A DNA stretch of 32,978 bases from Nemertoderma westbladi (GCA_032718475.1 JAUCBJ010007885.1:1-32978), one strand, 5' to 3'. Shown: positions 11,804 to 23,764, counted from the first letter of the stretch. Numbers and translations: made by a program. Notes: generated from the sequence alone by a model not told the origin.

Positions 11804-13048
11804 TGTACGCGCTTTTGAAGACCTTTAGCAGTTTAACCTGCCAAAATTTATATGTCTTTTGGTTTATAAATAAACTTTAGAAGTTGACAAATATTTAATA
11901 CCAATAAACACAACATTAGCAGAAGCCAGCCTAGTGCGCGTCCATTCACCCGCTGGATATACCCGGGAGACTGGATTCTGATGGCTTAGATTATTATTGC
12001 AGTGTAAGCTTACTGTATTATTCGATTGATCGTTAATAAATAATTTCTGACTAATATTATTCACTTTCGGGAAATATTAACAGTTCCTTTTGGACGTGGC
12101 GCTCTATCTAGGTAAACAGAGATATGACTTATACTAATCACAACGGTAAGTCGGTAAGGCTTATGATTCACGTATGAGGCGCATTCTTTAGGAAATGCTT
12201 AGTTATCAGTCACAATCAGGCACACTACCGGTAACACACAATACTGCTCACTAATTTGCCGACCGTCAATGAATTTTATCATATATAAAGAGAGCAGCAA
12301 CGGACTCATGTAGTGCTTACCAAATAGCATTAAATTCACTACAAACCACAACAATATAAGTCGCAATCGCTATATATAACCCGTCTCTCTAACCTGTAGT
12401 GTATCAAGAAAATTGGGAAATTTGGGTTCTTTATAAATGTTCTCCAAATAATAATATTCAACCAAAACACAACAGTAAATAGCATTAAGACGGTAGGTTA
12501 AGATGGTAACACTGTTTGACTGGACCGTGATATGCACTGATAACAGTTATACGCTCTATAATCTTAAGCCTACTAATGTTTCTACTAAAGTCTGAAACGA
12601 ATTGACTCTAGAGCCGGTGTTCCTGGCCTAGATAGAAGGAACACAACAGTATCACAAAAACAGTAAGACTAAACACTCCTAGTATGATCGGCCGAATATC
12701 TACACGTCGACAGAAAAAATCGCTCTGATTGGCTCAAGCCAAACAAAGAACCATGCGTCCAATGGCTGTTTCCATGCCAGCAACCAGCTTCTAGATGTCG
12801 CAATCTGAATCATCAAGGCCAAGCCGTGTAAAGGTATTTGGTGCATTGCGGGTTTTTTGCCTTACCATGTCCGCCAAAGCACGTATATAGAAGAATGACT
12901 TTTATGTCCGTTAAAACACCTGTAACGGTACCTTGCGGGCGAGGGGAATATATATACAGTTAGAGAACCTTTTAGAGTATTCCAGCGCCTGGGGGGAAAC
13001 TGGATTGCGAAGCAAAGGGGCCAGTTATATACCACAGAAGCTTTTACA
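11804..13048 (-). repeat. 3' LTR (~1245 bp, TGT...ACA)
   Basis: Minus strand reads CTGGGAGCGG|TGTAAAAGCTT ... AAAAGCGCGTACA|. Both ends match the LTR at 465-1678. Confidence 0.78.
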
Positions 13049-13126
13049 CCGCTCCCAGAAAATGGGATTTGAGTCTATAAAATATACAAAATCACAGTTT
13101 CTAATATACATAAATACTCTAAACAG

Positions 13127-14575
13127 TTAGTCTTTCTTGCGTGGACGGCGTTTACGCAGTTTTTTAAAGCTAGCCAGAGTCCTTTTCTCTTTGGGGCGAG
13201 CCACTTTACAAGGAGGGCTATAACTCCTGGGTGAAGGGTGCAATATGATTGCATCAGAGGGTGTAGGATTATGGTCGGTGTATCCGCCAGTCGAAGTACC
13301 GGGTTGATTGACATCATCGTCAGGGGAGAGAGGTCTAACGGCTTTGAGAGCTCGTTTCAAGGCAGCCGCTCTTACGGGTCCTTTACGAGTGGTCTGAACG
13401 AGGGCCGTGGGTGGACCATAGGCAGTTAGAAACCTCCGGGGTTTAATGGTCCTTTCCAACTCGCGTTCGCGGGCTCGGTATTCGTAAGGCCGTCGATATA
13501 CTTCCTGTAACTCAGGGTGTGAGTTAACAAACAAGTCTCCATAGTCCGGATCCTGACGGATATAATTGATTAAGTTATAGGAATGAAGGTCGCTAGGATT
13601 AACACTCCTGAGAAATTTGCGTACGAATTTGGTTGAAATACATTCTCCGACGCGCTTCAGTAGCTCGTAACTTGATATGCGTGATTTCTGTTCAACCGAA
13701 GCGAATAGATAAGGATGGAACGCATAAACTCCTTCGTAAGCGCGTCCGGGATAATAGCGATGGCGCGAATCACAATGTAAATCAGCGTTCGCTTCCCAAG
13801 CTCTGATGTAACGTAGTGTGATCATTTCATCTACGCTTTCCAAATCGTGATTAAAAGGGCAATCGAAACTGGCATGTCCCTTTAGTTGACAATGGTGACA
13901 TTGAGTCATAAATTGAGGGCAAACCGCAAAAATGTGCAAGTTATTGAATCTGCAATACGCACAATAAATTTCCATCGCCGGTTGTTCGTGGAAATAGGAA
14001 CAGCGGACGTTTGTGTCCATGGGCGTAACATGGTCTCTCGATGCGCATAACCGACAACGTTGCCGAGAAACATAGTTGGCATGGCGATAATCGTACGCAG
14101 TGAGACACTGTGGACCTTGATACCATTCTAGGATGTAATCGTTGTCGCTGTTCCGGGCGCGATAGGCTGAATCTCCTCAGATTCTAGACATATTGGTTCG
14201 TCTTCCCAGTCTGTTACGAATAGAATTTTCGTGATCTATTCTCGGTTTATCGTTACGACTCCGCTGGGTATGATATTTAAATAGAACCATTTCCCTTTCA
14301 GTGTCTACATCGTCCGTATCATGTAAATCGATAGGATGGCCGGTAGTTAGGAAGTCCATATACGTACTATTACGATGTGTATAGCGAGCGGTGAATTTTC
14401 GATAGTCCAATTCACGCGTAAGTTGCTCTTGGGACATCGGCGGTTCGATATAACGACCATCGTCCTCCGTAATGGTTGGATCGGCTTCATCGCGTATCAA
14501 GCTATCCACAAATGCTTGTAAAGGTAGAGTATATCGCTCCCTGATACCAAGATCATCTTCTATCAACTCCGTCAT
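13127..14575 (-). CDS. Accessory 3' ORF of the BEL element (~482 codons, one in-frame TGA at 14177-14179), Zn-knuckle protein with basic C-terminus
   Basis: ORFs 14177..14575 and 13127..14020 share a frame and the 156 nt between them is open. Contains CRLCASRDH...C, CAYCRFNNLHIFAVC and CHHCQLKGHASFDC, and ends KKLRKRRPRKKD. Confidence 0.7.
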
Positions 14576-15390
14576 ATCTGCTATCTGAGTTTATTAATAT
14601 TGTAATGAGTTTATGTTTAGGGGAGCGGGCGTCGCTGCCTACCTCTCTTCGCCCCGGACAGTGGGATTCTCAGCGCCGATGTACCGTCGTCGCGGTGTTT
14701 ACGCCAACATGTAGCAACATCACGACAACGATAACCGGCACAAGTCACTCCACTGTCCTTCCCAAAGGCTTGAATCCACTTTAGGTTCTTTCTATAGGAG
14801 AGTTGGGCTACTTTCACAATTGCGACTAGCTACTGTAAACACACCTTAGCAGTAACATTCACCTACAAACGCACAAATTCCACACAACTGTCACCAATTG
14901 TACACATACAGGCCATTTGTCCGTTAGTCAGTGCCTTCCAGAATGTCACGTTATTACTGTGTATCCTTGGATACTAACAGTGTGCTATGTATTCTCTATG
15001 CTATGCAACGTGACAAGCTTTCTATTGTTCTCTTAACTTGCTTCTAATTCTAGCGTGGGTGTTGCTATGGTGACATTATGGAATGCTAGCGGTAGAATTA
15101 GGGTAATTCTCATGCATACAGATCTGGGATGCTATTTAATAATAATTCTTTAATTGTCCATATCCTCTTTATGTATGATTTTATTAATTTTATCGGATAT
15201 TGACTGTATGTTGGAGATTCTCGCACTCTAATACACTCAATAGGATGAATCTCCGCTCCCATGATCTATCAATTAATGGAATTTTGGGAATGTTATAAAT
15301 TGTACAAAATGACAATTTATGAAATTCATTTAAATATGAATTTAAATTTATTCCCGTGAATTTTATTATTTGATGTTAAAATTGACACAA

Positions 15391-15680
15391 TTTGATTCCA
15401 GAGCAGGTCTGGGGACATAGGATCCTTAGTTCTATGACAATTGTCCTTTAAGAGTATTGGTAAGTGCTGCGATATCTTAATTGACTAGAAATTTAAAGGA
15501 TCTGAATTTTACAGATTTTACTAAATATTAAATTAATATTTAAGATGGGCACCGATTTATTCCAGAGCTTGTCTGGGGACGTTAACCACTGATTCTAGAA
15601 TTTGTCTTTCAAGTATATCGGTGGGTGCCGCGATATCTTAATCGACTAGAATTACAGATGGTCAAAAGGTTTAACAGATT
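15391..15680. repeat. Two diverged ~165-bp direct repeats in the BEL pol-to-accessory-ORF spacer
   Basis: ATTCCAGAGC..GTCTGGGGAC...GCGATATCTTAAT.GACTAGAA occurs at ~15395 and ~15559. Confidence 0.75.
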
Positions 15681-16112
15681 TATTTGCGTTTTACGCTACT
15701 GTTATATGGACATCACGCTACTATATGTATTATTTAATATAAGGTAGAAGAGCAATATCGCACGAAGCAATGTCAGTGTGAAGAGGCAAGTCGTTTCCAA
15801 GGTCTACCCAGAGCTTGGTTTAGCTGAGACACGAGGATCTGAACTTTGCATTCCTAATACTCTGCCTACCAATAATACTTGAATATAGTAGTGGCTTTAT
15901 TGTACTTTAAGAAGTACGGACATTTCATCTTACTGTAGTCACGTATTTATAATATGATACGGACAGTAAGGAAAGAGAAAAAATTATTTCTCGCCATCGC
16001 ACTAAATATATATTATAAGTAATTACGTACGTAATAAACACTAATATATTGCACTAATCTACTAAATAATCACTAAAATAACATTCTACTAAATAAAATT
16101 GAATAAAAACGA

Positions 16113-19100
16113 TTATAATAAAGTACATAATAAAGTTCGCATATAAAAATATAATAAAATAGATAAAACAATATAGTCATACACCCATTCCAGACGTATC
16201 ACGTTGGTTGGGGAGTCCCTAGATGTTTGAGGAATTAGGGAGGTGGTCGTGGGAAGAGTGTCTTGCCTTCCATAGTTTCCAGAGAGTTCTCTGTCTCTTT
16301 CCAGTAAACATAAACGACCAACTGGGCGATTGAGTTGTTGCGTCTCAAAGATTATGCCTGGCTTCTTGAAGTTACGCCGCATGACGACAAGTTCTACTGA
16401 GCGCACTAAACCATCATCCGAGATGTGAGTCTCGATGATACGACCTGTCTGCCACCGTTTACATGGGAGGTCTGGATCTACAATAAGTACCATATCTCCG
16501 GCGCTGACGTTTTCTTGCTGCACAAACCACTTAGTTCGAAGTTGTAGCGTGGGCAGATAATGTTTCTCGAAATGGTCAGCGAAACGACGGGATAGCAACT
16601 GCATAAGTTGCCAAGTTCGACGGCAGTATTCGTCTCCGTCGGCAATCTCCGATCGTGGGAGCATGGCTACAGGTTTCTTCAGTAGGAAGTGCGCGGGTGT
16701 TAGCGCTTCCAGGGAATCGGGACTCGATGAGACTGGCATAAGCGGTCTCTCGTTGAGATAGGCAGCTATTTCCTCCATTAACGTCCGCAAAAGTTCGTCG
16801 GTGAGATACGCGCGGCATGGCACTATAAAGTGAAATGCGGTTTTGACACTTCGAATTAATCTCTCCCAACTTCCTCCCCACCAAGGGGCGTCGGCAGCGT
16901 TGAAGGTCCAGCTAGACGCTGTTATCCTTAGCTGGTCGTCCACCTGTCTTTGGTTCCAGTCCTTCACGTAAGCCTGTATTTCGTTGTTGGCACCAATGAA
17001 GTTCGTTCCCTTATCCGATCTCATGGTATTACTCGTCCCGAAGCGAGCGATCTGTCGTCGTAAACTTAAGACGAAGCTGTTGGTAGATAGATCGTTCACC
17101 ATATCGAGATGGATGGCTCTACAAGTCATGCACACGAAGATGACACACCATCTCTTGACTATAGTCCTAGCACGATATACTTCAATAGGGCCAAATAAAT
17201 CTACACCAGTATTAGTAAAAGGTGGTTCATAGAAGCTTACTCGTTCCCTAGGTAGTTCTGCCTCTCGCTGTGTTAAAGGCCTACTGAATGCTTTCCTACA
17301 GGGTATGCAGTTCCTAAGAACTTGGTTCAGAGCTCTACGGGGTTTATCAAAATAATAGCGAGTTCGAATTTCGCTAAGAATTCGTTCTCTACCAGCATGA
17401 TAAAGTTTACTGTGAACATCTACAATCATCTTGATTTGTACTTCAAGATTTCTAATAAGTATGGGGAATTTGGTGTCAAAGGATAAGGGCGCATTGGTGA
17501 GTCTTCCTCCAACACGTATTAGCCCATCTATCATTGTGCTCGAGAATCGATCCCTTAAGCGCATCTGCGGATTTCTCAACAACAGGAAATACTTTTCGGA
17601 ATCCTCATAGCATTGCAGGAGTCTCAGTATCTGCTTATTGGTTTCTTCATGCTCCTGGTGACTAATTTTTTCCTTGAGAAAACGGTCAGATGTCTTATAT
17701 TTGGGTAAATTTTTAATAACATGAACTTGTGCAGATGTCAATGGAGCGTTATCACTAGTGGTCTTCGTCCTGGAGTAGTGATGATGAAAACATCGTCTTA
17801 AATATGTGACGGCTTTACAGAGCCGATTCCAGGAACTGTAATGATGCATTGCTCTCTGCAGCATGGGTGAGATTCCTTGCGAGACGTCTGGTATTCCAGA
17901 TTTCCAATCTTTATCTCTAATTTCCACAACAGACTTATTTGTGTTGAGGGATTGTGGATCCGAAGCATCATTCCCGGAAGTATGTAATACAGAGTGAGGA
18001 GGCCATTCATCCTCTTCCTTGCTCAGGAAGTCGGGTCCACCCAACCAATCTGGAGTATCTATCAGTTCCTGTGGAGTTGCTCCCCTGGAGGCGATATCGG
18101 CTGGATTAATCGTACCAGGCCAATGTCTCCATTGATCTATCTTTGTGCGACTAAGAATAATAGCTACCCTGTTAGTAACAAAAACGCTGAACTGACAGAC
18201 TTCATTGGTTAGATATTCCAACACGAGTAAAGCGTCGGTCCAATAAACCGTTTTCTCCAGTGTATAGTCGATTTGTTCCGTTACGTTCCGGCCGATGGCT
18301 GTAGCGTATAAAGCCGCCTTTAACTCCGCTCGAGGAACCTTTAACTTGTTGTGAATCAATGCCTTAGAGGTAACCAAGGCGACTTTGATTCCATCCGGAG
18401 TTTCAACTCGCAGATATGCTACTATACCTATTCCCATGTCGCTGGCGTCTCCAAACACATGGAGTTGATAAGAATACGTAGGAAGAACATGGCCAAAATA
18501 TGCACGGGAAATTATAAAGTTCTCGATGGCAGGTAGAGAATCTTCCCATTTCATCCATTTCTTTAACAATTCTCCCTTAAGCGGATCGTCCCATGAGTGG
18601 TTTTCAAGCCACATTTGTTGTACTAAACTCCGAGCAATCAATATAACTGGGCTAATAAATCCCAATGGGTCGAAATAAGTGCTCAGGATACTTAAACAAA
18701 TCCGTTTGGTCCGAACTGGATTATCTCGCTGTTTTAACTGAAAAAACAGGATGTCTCTTTCAGTGTCCCACTTCAAGCCAAGCGTCTTGGTTTCAAGAAG
18801 ATCGTCCTTTATTAAGTCTAGGTCTTTCGCTCCTCGGTCTGCTACCGGTATCGCTTCCAGAAACTCACGGGAGTTGCTGGTGAATTTCGTCAGTCGAAAT
18901 CCACCTCTTTTCAAACACTCTACCGTTCCTTTTGCGACATCTATGGCTTCTTCTACTGATGGAAGGGACCTTAAATTGTCGTCCATGTATATATTCCGTT
19001 TGATGTTGTCTATCACCTCCTTTGAGAAGGAGTCTCGGTTGTCATTCGCAGTGGTTCGCACCACGGAGCAGGCGTTGGAAGGGCTTGATATGATTCCAAA

Positions 19101-21065
19101 AGCCTGGATGGTCATCCAGTACTCTACCGGTTTCTGATTGAGGTCTCCTTCCGGCCACCACAGAAATCTCAGGCTGTCTCTATCTCTATCCAGCGCCTTG
19201 ACTTGTAAGAACATTCCTTCTATATCGGAGGCGAACGCGATGGAATATTGTCTTAATCTTAAAAGTATTCCCAACAAAGATTGGAGTAAGTTGGGTCCTG
19301 GTAACAACTCGGAATTGAGGGATTGGCCCATATATAGGGCGGAGCCATCGAATACGACTCGTACTTCGTGGGGTTTACCGGGTTTGGGAACGTAATGATG
19401 TGTTAAGTAATACGTTCTCTCAGTCACTGGTGTTCCTTGCGGTACTCGCTCCGCGTATCCCTTTGTTATAAATTTCTTCAGCTGAGTTTGGTACATTTCT
19501 TTCGCTGAAGCGTTAGCTGTAAGGCGTCGATGTAATTGAGCGATTCTTTTCTCTGCCAAGGGTCTGTTATTTATAAATCTAGGTTCTCGTTTTCGAAATG
19601 GTAGGCCGATTTCATATCTACCTTGGTCCTTTAAAAAACGTGTAGTTGTTTCCTGGATTTGCTTGGCTCTTTCTTCTTCTATCGATAGAGCCTTATCATA
19701 TGAATTGGGCTCTACCAGTTCCTGAGTAAAGAATCGTACGGCTAGTTCGTCCCGAGTTCTAGCGTTGTAGCGCTCTATCTCATCGTTTAGTTCGTCATTG
19801 TAAGCGATGGGTTCCGATGGGCGAATCAGTTGACATAGGTTCACCTGGTTTTCTGTAAGTAGGTCGATTGTGTTCTCTTCATCGAAGAGTTGGTAGATGT
19901 CGTCATTATCTGAGGAGTATGGTGTTCCCTCAGTTAGTTCGTCCACCTCACTGCTCTCCACTTCCCAATCATTTACTTGGTATATTTGTTCTTGTGGCAT
20001 TCTCTCTTCGAGAGTCCTGCGGGAAGGGCCAGTAAAGTACCAACCTACTCTAGTTCTTACCGCATAGGTTTGCAGTGGCTGTGGTTGAGCAGGCCGTTTC
20101 TCCAATGTTTCGAGCGCCTCATGCGCGTTTTGGCCGATGAGTATTTGCACTCCAGGATAATCTGTCTGGAATCGAGGTATCTTAAGATGTTGGATGCTCT
20201 CATCCTCGTCCCAATTATAAAGGTCTGCTTGAGTAGTAGCAAAGTTCTTTATAGCTACTATTTTTACCGACCTTATACCTTGTGCTCCTAACTTATCCTG
20301 GGGGGTGGACAACACACCTACATAGTAATCTGCCGTTAGGGTAGATTTCCAAACCTGCATAATTCCTGACATATTCAATTTAGTCCGGAATTTGGGTTGT
20401 CCAGCAAAGATATCTTCGGCTAATTCTTGATCGATGAATGTTCCTGTGCTGCCGGAGTCAAGGAGTGCGTTCACTATGTAACTGTGGTTAGGACCGTGAA
20501 CTCTTACCTGCACTACAGGAAATTCTCTGATTCCTACGTTGGAAGTTGGAGCTTTCCAAGATGGTTGTTTGGCAAAAGTAGTTGGGGGAAACTCATTGTT
20601 GTTGTCCTTTTCATAAGTAAGTGCTCGATACACTGCGGTATTGATTAGATAACAGGATTCGTTGGCGTCGGAGAATTCGTCAGTATAGAATCCTTCCATC
20701 TCAGATTCTTGATCAGTGTCGTTTACATCACTGAATTGGACATGTAGTTCGGGCTCACTTACCTGACTCAGTTTGTCTCGTTCGAACTCACTGTGTAACA
20801 AGATGTGATGTTTCGCGCCACACTTTGCACACTTTATGTCGGAGTAACAGGTTCGCCGTTGGTGTCCTGGTCTGAGGCGATTATAGCATAACCGCTTATC
20901 CCATACGACTGCACGTCTGTCTACAAGGGATTTCTTTAGAAATTCAGCACACGCACTCAAACGGTGGGTCCCGTCGCACAGCGCACAGTTAGGTTTTATG
21001 TTACTCACTTTACCTTGGGTAACTTGATGCACTCTCGTTTTTTCTTCGGGTTTTCTTCGGTGCAT
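16113..21065 (-). CDS. pol: BEL/Pao gag C-terminus (Zn knuckles) + pol polyprotein (PR, RT, RNase H, IN)
   Basis: Knuckles CALCDGTHRLSAC / CYNRLRPGH..C / CAKCGAKHHILLH; protease LLDSGS; RT RVVFDGS, DIEGMFLQV, YMDD; RNase H LHVFGDAS, YWTD, NPADIASRG; integrase HHCC, GVDLFGP, RSDKGTNF, PWWGGSWERL. Confidence 0.95.
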   Translation of the reverse strand: MHRRKPEEKTRVHQVTQGKVSNIKPNCALCDGTHRLSACAEFLKKSLVDRRAVVWDKRLCYNRLRPGHQRRTCYSDIKCAKCGAKHHILLHSEFERDKLSQVSEPELHVQFSDVNDTDQESEMEGFYTDEFSDANESCYLINTAVYRALTYEKDNNNEFPPTTFAKQPSWKAPTSNVGIREFPVVQVRVHGPNHSYIVNALLDSGSTGTFIDQELAEDIFAGQPKFRTKLNMSGIMQVWKSTLTADYYVGVLSTPQDKLGAQGIRSVKIVAIKNFATTQADLYNWDEDESIQHLKIPRFQTDYPGVQILIGQNAHEALETLEKRPAQPQPLQTYAVRTRVGWYFTGPSRRTLEERMPQEQIYQVNDWEVESSEVDELTEGTPYSSDNDDIYQLFDEENTIDLLTENQVNLCQLIRPSEPIAYNDELNDEIERYNARTRDELAVRFFTQELVEPNSYDKALSIEEERAKQIQETTTRFLKDQGRYEIGLPFRKREPRFINNRPLAEKRIAQLHRRLTANASAKEMYQTQLKKFITKGYAERVPQGTPVTERTYYLTHHYVPKPGKPHEVRVVFDGSALYMGQSLNSELLPGPNLLQSLLGILLRLRQYSIAFASDIEGMFLQVKALDRDRDSLRFLWWPEGDLNQKPVEYWMTIQAFGIISSPSNACSVVRTTANDNRDSFSKEVIDNIKRNIYMDDNLRSLPSVEEAIDVAKGTVECLKRGGFRLTKFTSNSREFLEAIPVADRGAKDLDLIKDDLLETKTLGLKWDTERDILFFQLKQRDNPVRTKRICLSILSTYFDPLGFISPVILIARSLVQQMWLENHSWDDPLKGELLKKWMKWEDSLPAIENFIISRAYFGHVLPTYSYQLHVFGDASDMGIGIVAYLRVETPDGIKVALVTSKALIHNKLKVPRAELKAALYATAIGRNVTEQIDYTLEKTVYWTDALLVLEYLTNEVCQFSVFVTNRVAIILSRTKIDQWRHWPGTINPADIASRGATPQELIDTPDWLGGPDFLSKEEDEWPPHSVLHTSGNDASDPQSLNTNKSVVEIRDKDWKSGIPDVSQGISPMLQRAMHHYSSWNRLCKAVTYLRRCFHHHYSRTKTTSDNAPLTSAQVHVIKNLPKYKTSDRFLKEKISHQEHEETNKQILRLLQCYEDSEKYFLLLRNPQMRLRDRFSSTMIDGLIRVGGRLTNAPLSFDTKFPILIRNLEVQIKMIVDVHSKLYHAGRERILSEIRTRYYFDKPRRALNQVLRNCIPCRKAFSRPLTQREAELPRERVSFYEPPFTNTGVDLFGPIEVYRARTIVKRWCVIFVCMTCRAIHLDMVNDLSTNSFVLSLRRQIARFGTSNTMRSDKGTNFIGANNEIQAYVKDWNQRQVDDQLRITASSWTFNAADAPWWGGSWERLIRSVKTAFHFIVPCRAYLTDELLRTLMEEIAAYLNERPLMPVSSSPDSLEALTPAHFLLKKPVAMLPRSEIADGDEYCRRTWQLMQLLSRRFADHFEKHYLPTLQLRTKWFVQQENVSAGDMVLIVDPDLPCKRWQTGRIIETHISDDGLVRSVELVVMRRNFKKPGIIFETQQLNRPVGRLCLLERDRELSGNYGRQDTLPTTTSLIPQTSRDSPTNVIRLEWVYDYIVLSILLYFYMRTLLCTLL

Positions 21066-21136
21066 TCTGTTAGGAGACTGAGGAGGGGTCTTGGCAACCT
21101 GTTCTCTCCTATCGTTGTTTCGAGCCTTGTATTTAC

Positions 21137-22207
21137 TTACGTCTTTTGAGGTTTTGTCAACGTAGTAAATCGATCGGTGTCTTTCCCGCTGTCCTCTTCT
21201 TGAGAAGCTTGGCTTTCGCCGTCGTCAGTGTAACACACCGGTGTTACTCTTCTCCTAGAAGCGGGTTTCTCACTTACCTTATTTTCCGATGTTTTCTCTC
21301 TGGACTGCTTGATGAGTTGTAGTTTTACTTCACCATCTAAGAAGGACATGAGATCAGCCATGGTAGGACTTCGTCGTTGTTGTTCATTCATGTACAACAC
21401 TTTCTTGTCCCAGCGTGTACATACTCCACCCTTTGGTAAAGTAGAGACTACGGCTCCAATAACCATGGAACTCTGATATTCATGAGACTTACCTAACCAG
21501 TCCAATTGTCTACAGATTTCCTGAATCTCATCGGAAAACTCTATAATCCCGCTACTAAGGAAGTGTCGGGGGGCTACTAATTTTGCATACAAATACTTAG
21601 CTATGTTATCCTTGTTACCATACCTGATGTTTAATGTATCCCATACTTGTCTTAATCCTTCTGGATGTCCAATAAACTTTAACGCCATTAACCTGGGAGG
21701 TCCTTCCAAGCACTTGATGAGGAACCTAAGTTTCTCTCCGTTAGATAGTACAGAGTTTTGTATGCTATCTTTGTAATATTCGTTGAAAGGTAACCATTTC
21801 ATCTCATCTCCATTGAATTTGACGATCTCTCCCACTTTGACCGCTTGGCGGGCTTCTGTTCTAGCCATCTGACGCATAAAGCTTTCTTGGGCCATCGTGT
21901 TATTTAATATCGAATTATCGGTATATAAATTTCTCGGATCATTATCAGGTCTATAGGGAATATCATTAACAACAGGTCTATAATCACCCTTAATAGGGTT
22001 TGCTATAGGAGTTTCTACTTCACTAGCAGTATAGATGCGTGTAGGCTCCACACCTTGCGCATGTAATACTTCAGACCTAACAGGTTGACACAATTTTACA
22101 GGGGGTATTGGTATCCCTTTTTGGATATTGACTAATTTGTCGCGTTCTAGCGCGATACTTTGCTGCACTTCTTGCAATTCGGCCCTACCTTCCCTTACTG
22201 TTCCCTT
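21137..22207 (-). pseudogene. gag: BEL/Pao gag (DUF1759-like region), 5'-truncated and frameshifted relative to pol
   Basis: KFNGDEMKWLPF...LSNGEKLRFLIKCLEG...WDTLNIRYG motif. The frame is open up to the TTAA junction and stops at 21137; the downstream ORF is in the -1 frame. Confidence 0.88.
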
Positions 22208-22209
22208 AA

Positions 22210-23764
22210 CCCTATTAGTACCGGGCTATAAAATGTTGTACAAATACCGGGGAGGGGTCATATTGACCCCCCCCCCTCTAAAATCTACAAATATTTACGA
22301 AAACGTCTGATTTTTTGTTTGTACGTAGGTATCACTTGTCTGGATCCGACCGAAAAAAAAAATTTTCGAAAAAATGTACTGGGGTGGTTATATTGCAGCA
22401 CCAAAATTACAAGTAGTGCAGAATTTTCACCAAATTTGAAAGTTACATTTTCGGCTAATTATTTTTCAATACAGGTTTTCTGGGGTGCAAAATACATTGG
22501 AAAATATTAAAAAATGATATGATTACTATAAATGGCTGTTTAGTCCTCTCTGCGTAGGAAAAAAATGAAAAAAACAAGTAACCAGCACTTTTCAGTTAGA
22601 ACACAAAATTTGTAATTCACTTATACGATGCTATAAATTCACATTTTCAGGTTTTTGAGGGCGCTGATTCTAATGGAATACATTTCTAATATGCCAGATC
22701 ATTGCTACTTGTATTTTTCGGCGTAATTTGGCAAATTTTGGTGCTAGCACCAAATTTCGTACCCATCACCAAAAAGTACAAGTTTGCGATGTCCAGTGCT
22801 GTTTTTATTGATTCCATCGGATTCAGGACCCTCATAAACCCGTATAACGCAAGAAACAAGGTGATACTATCTACTTATCAATTTGCCTATTTTCCAAAAT
22901 TTGGTGCTGGCACAACAATTTTCACCCACCGGCGAAAAATACAAGTTTGAGAACTCTTATGAAATTTTTACTGATTCCATTGAATTCAGAACCATCACAA
23001 ACCCGTATAACGCAAGAAACAATGTGACACAATCAATTGATATATTTGATGGTTTTCAAAATTTGGTGCTAGCACCAAATTTTGCACCCACATCCGAAAA
23101 ATACAAGTTAGAGATGTCTAGATCGATAATTATATTTTCCATTGAATTCAGAACAGCCATAAACCTCTAAAACGCAAGAAATAAATTGTCACAAGCAATT
23201 TTATCTATTGAATGGATTTTCAAAATTTCGTGCTAGCACCAAAATTTGCACACAGCACCGAAAAATACAAGTTTGATACGCTTGGTGCAACTCGTATATA
23301 TTTCATCGAATCCAGAAACAAAAAAAACCCCAATTGCGTAAAAAACAAGTTTCAAACGATCAATTTACAAAATTGACTTATTTCGAAATTTGGTGCTGGC
23401 ACCAAAATTTGGCACCCGCCGAAAAAAACAAGTTTGAAATTTCTAAATCAATTTATATGAATTCCATCAAATTTCTAACACCAAAAAACCGGTGTAAATC
23501 AAAAATAGAGATGTTACAATTCATATTTAATGAAATGTAATTTTCAAAAAACGTCTCAAAAAAAGTGCTAAAAGTAGGGTTAAAAAATGGTGCTATAACT
23601 CGAAAAGTACCCAATATTTTTGAAAACGGTTTTCACTACTAGGAAGACAATAGATTTTTAGGAAAAGTCATAAAATTTCAGATTCCCAACTGCCTTTGTT
23701 TCAGAATTATAATAAAAAAACCACGGGGGGGGTCATATTGACCCCCCCCCCGGGTTTAATAGGG
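22210..23764. mobile_element. Non-autonomous piggyBac-type DNA transposon (TTAA at both ends)
   Basis: TTAA|CCCTATTAGTACCGGG ... CCCGGGTTTAATAGGG|TTAA (13/16 TIR match). Subterminal palindrome GGGGTCATATTGACCCC at 22254 and 23729. No transposase. Confidence 0.85.
22730..23530. repeat. Five diverged ~163-bp tandem units, each with the palindrome AAATTTGGTGCTAGCACCAAATTT
   Basis: Palindrome cores at 22741, 22904, 23066, 23230 and 23393 (spacing 162-164). The sequence between cores is also homologous. Confidence 0.9.

Larger units (their letters stand above)
11804..22209 (-). mobile_element. BEL/Pao LTR retrotransposon, 5'-truncated (no 5' LTR or PBS)
   Basis: Order is gag - PR - RT - RNase H - integrase with BEL-type motifs, then a long 3' region with an accessory ORF, PPT and LTR. 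gag is cut at TTAA 22206-22209. Confidence 0.93.

Noticed and set aside
13127-14575. env gene
   Set aside because: No signal peptide or transmembrane segment; the Zn-knuckle and basic features point to a nucleic-acid-binding protein.
16113-16190. Transmembrane anchor at the pol C-terminus
   Set aside because: Probably run-on into AT-rich 3' sequence after the conserved RPVGRLCLL end; not assessable without other copies.
16576-21149. Short antisense or alternate-frame ORFs within pol
   Set aside because: Shadow ORFs of the long pol frame with no recognisable motifs.
21066-21225. Programmed -1 gag-pol frameshift
   Set aside because: No canonical X XXY YYZ heptamer in the overlap, and the break lies upstream of the gag Zn knuckles. 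BEL gag-pol is normally one ORF and this copy has other lesions (C to R in knuckle 2), so an indel is more likely.
22730-23530. CRISPR-like regularly spaced palindromes
   Set aside because: The intervening sequences are homologous to each other and ~140 bp long, there are no cas genes, and the array lies within a TTAA transposon in eukaryotic DNA.
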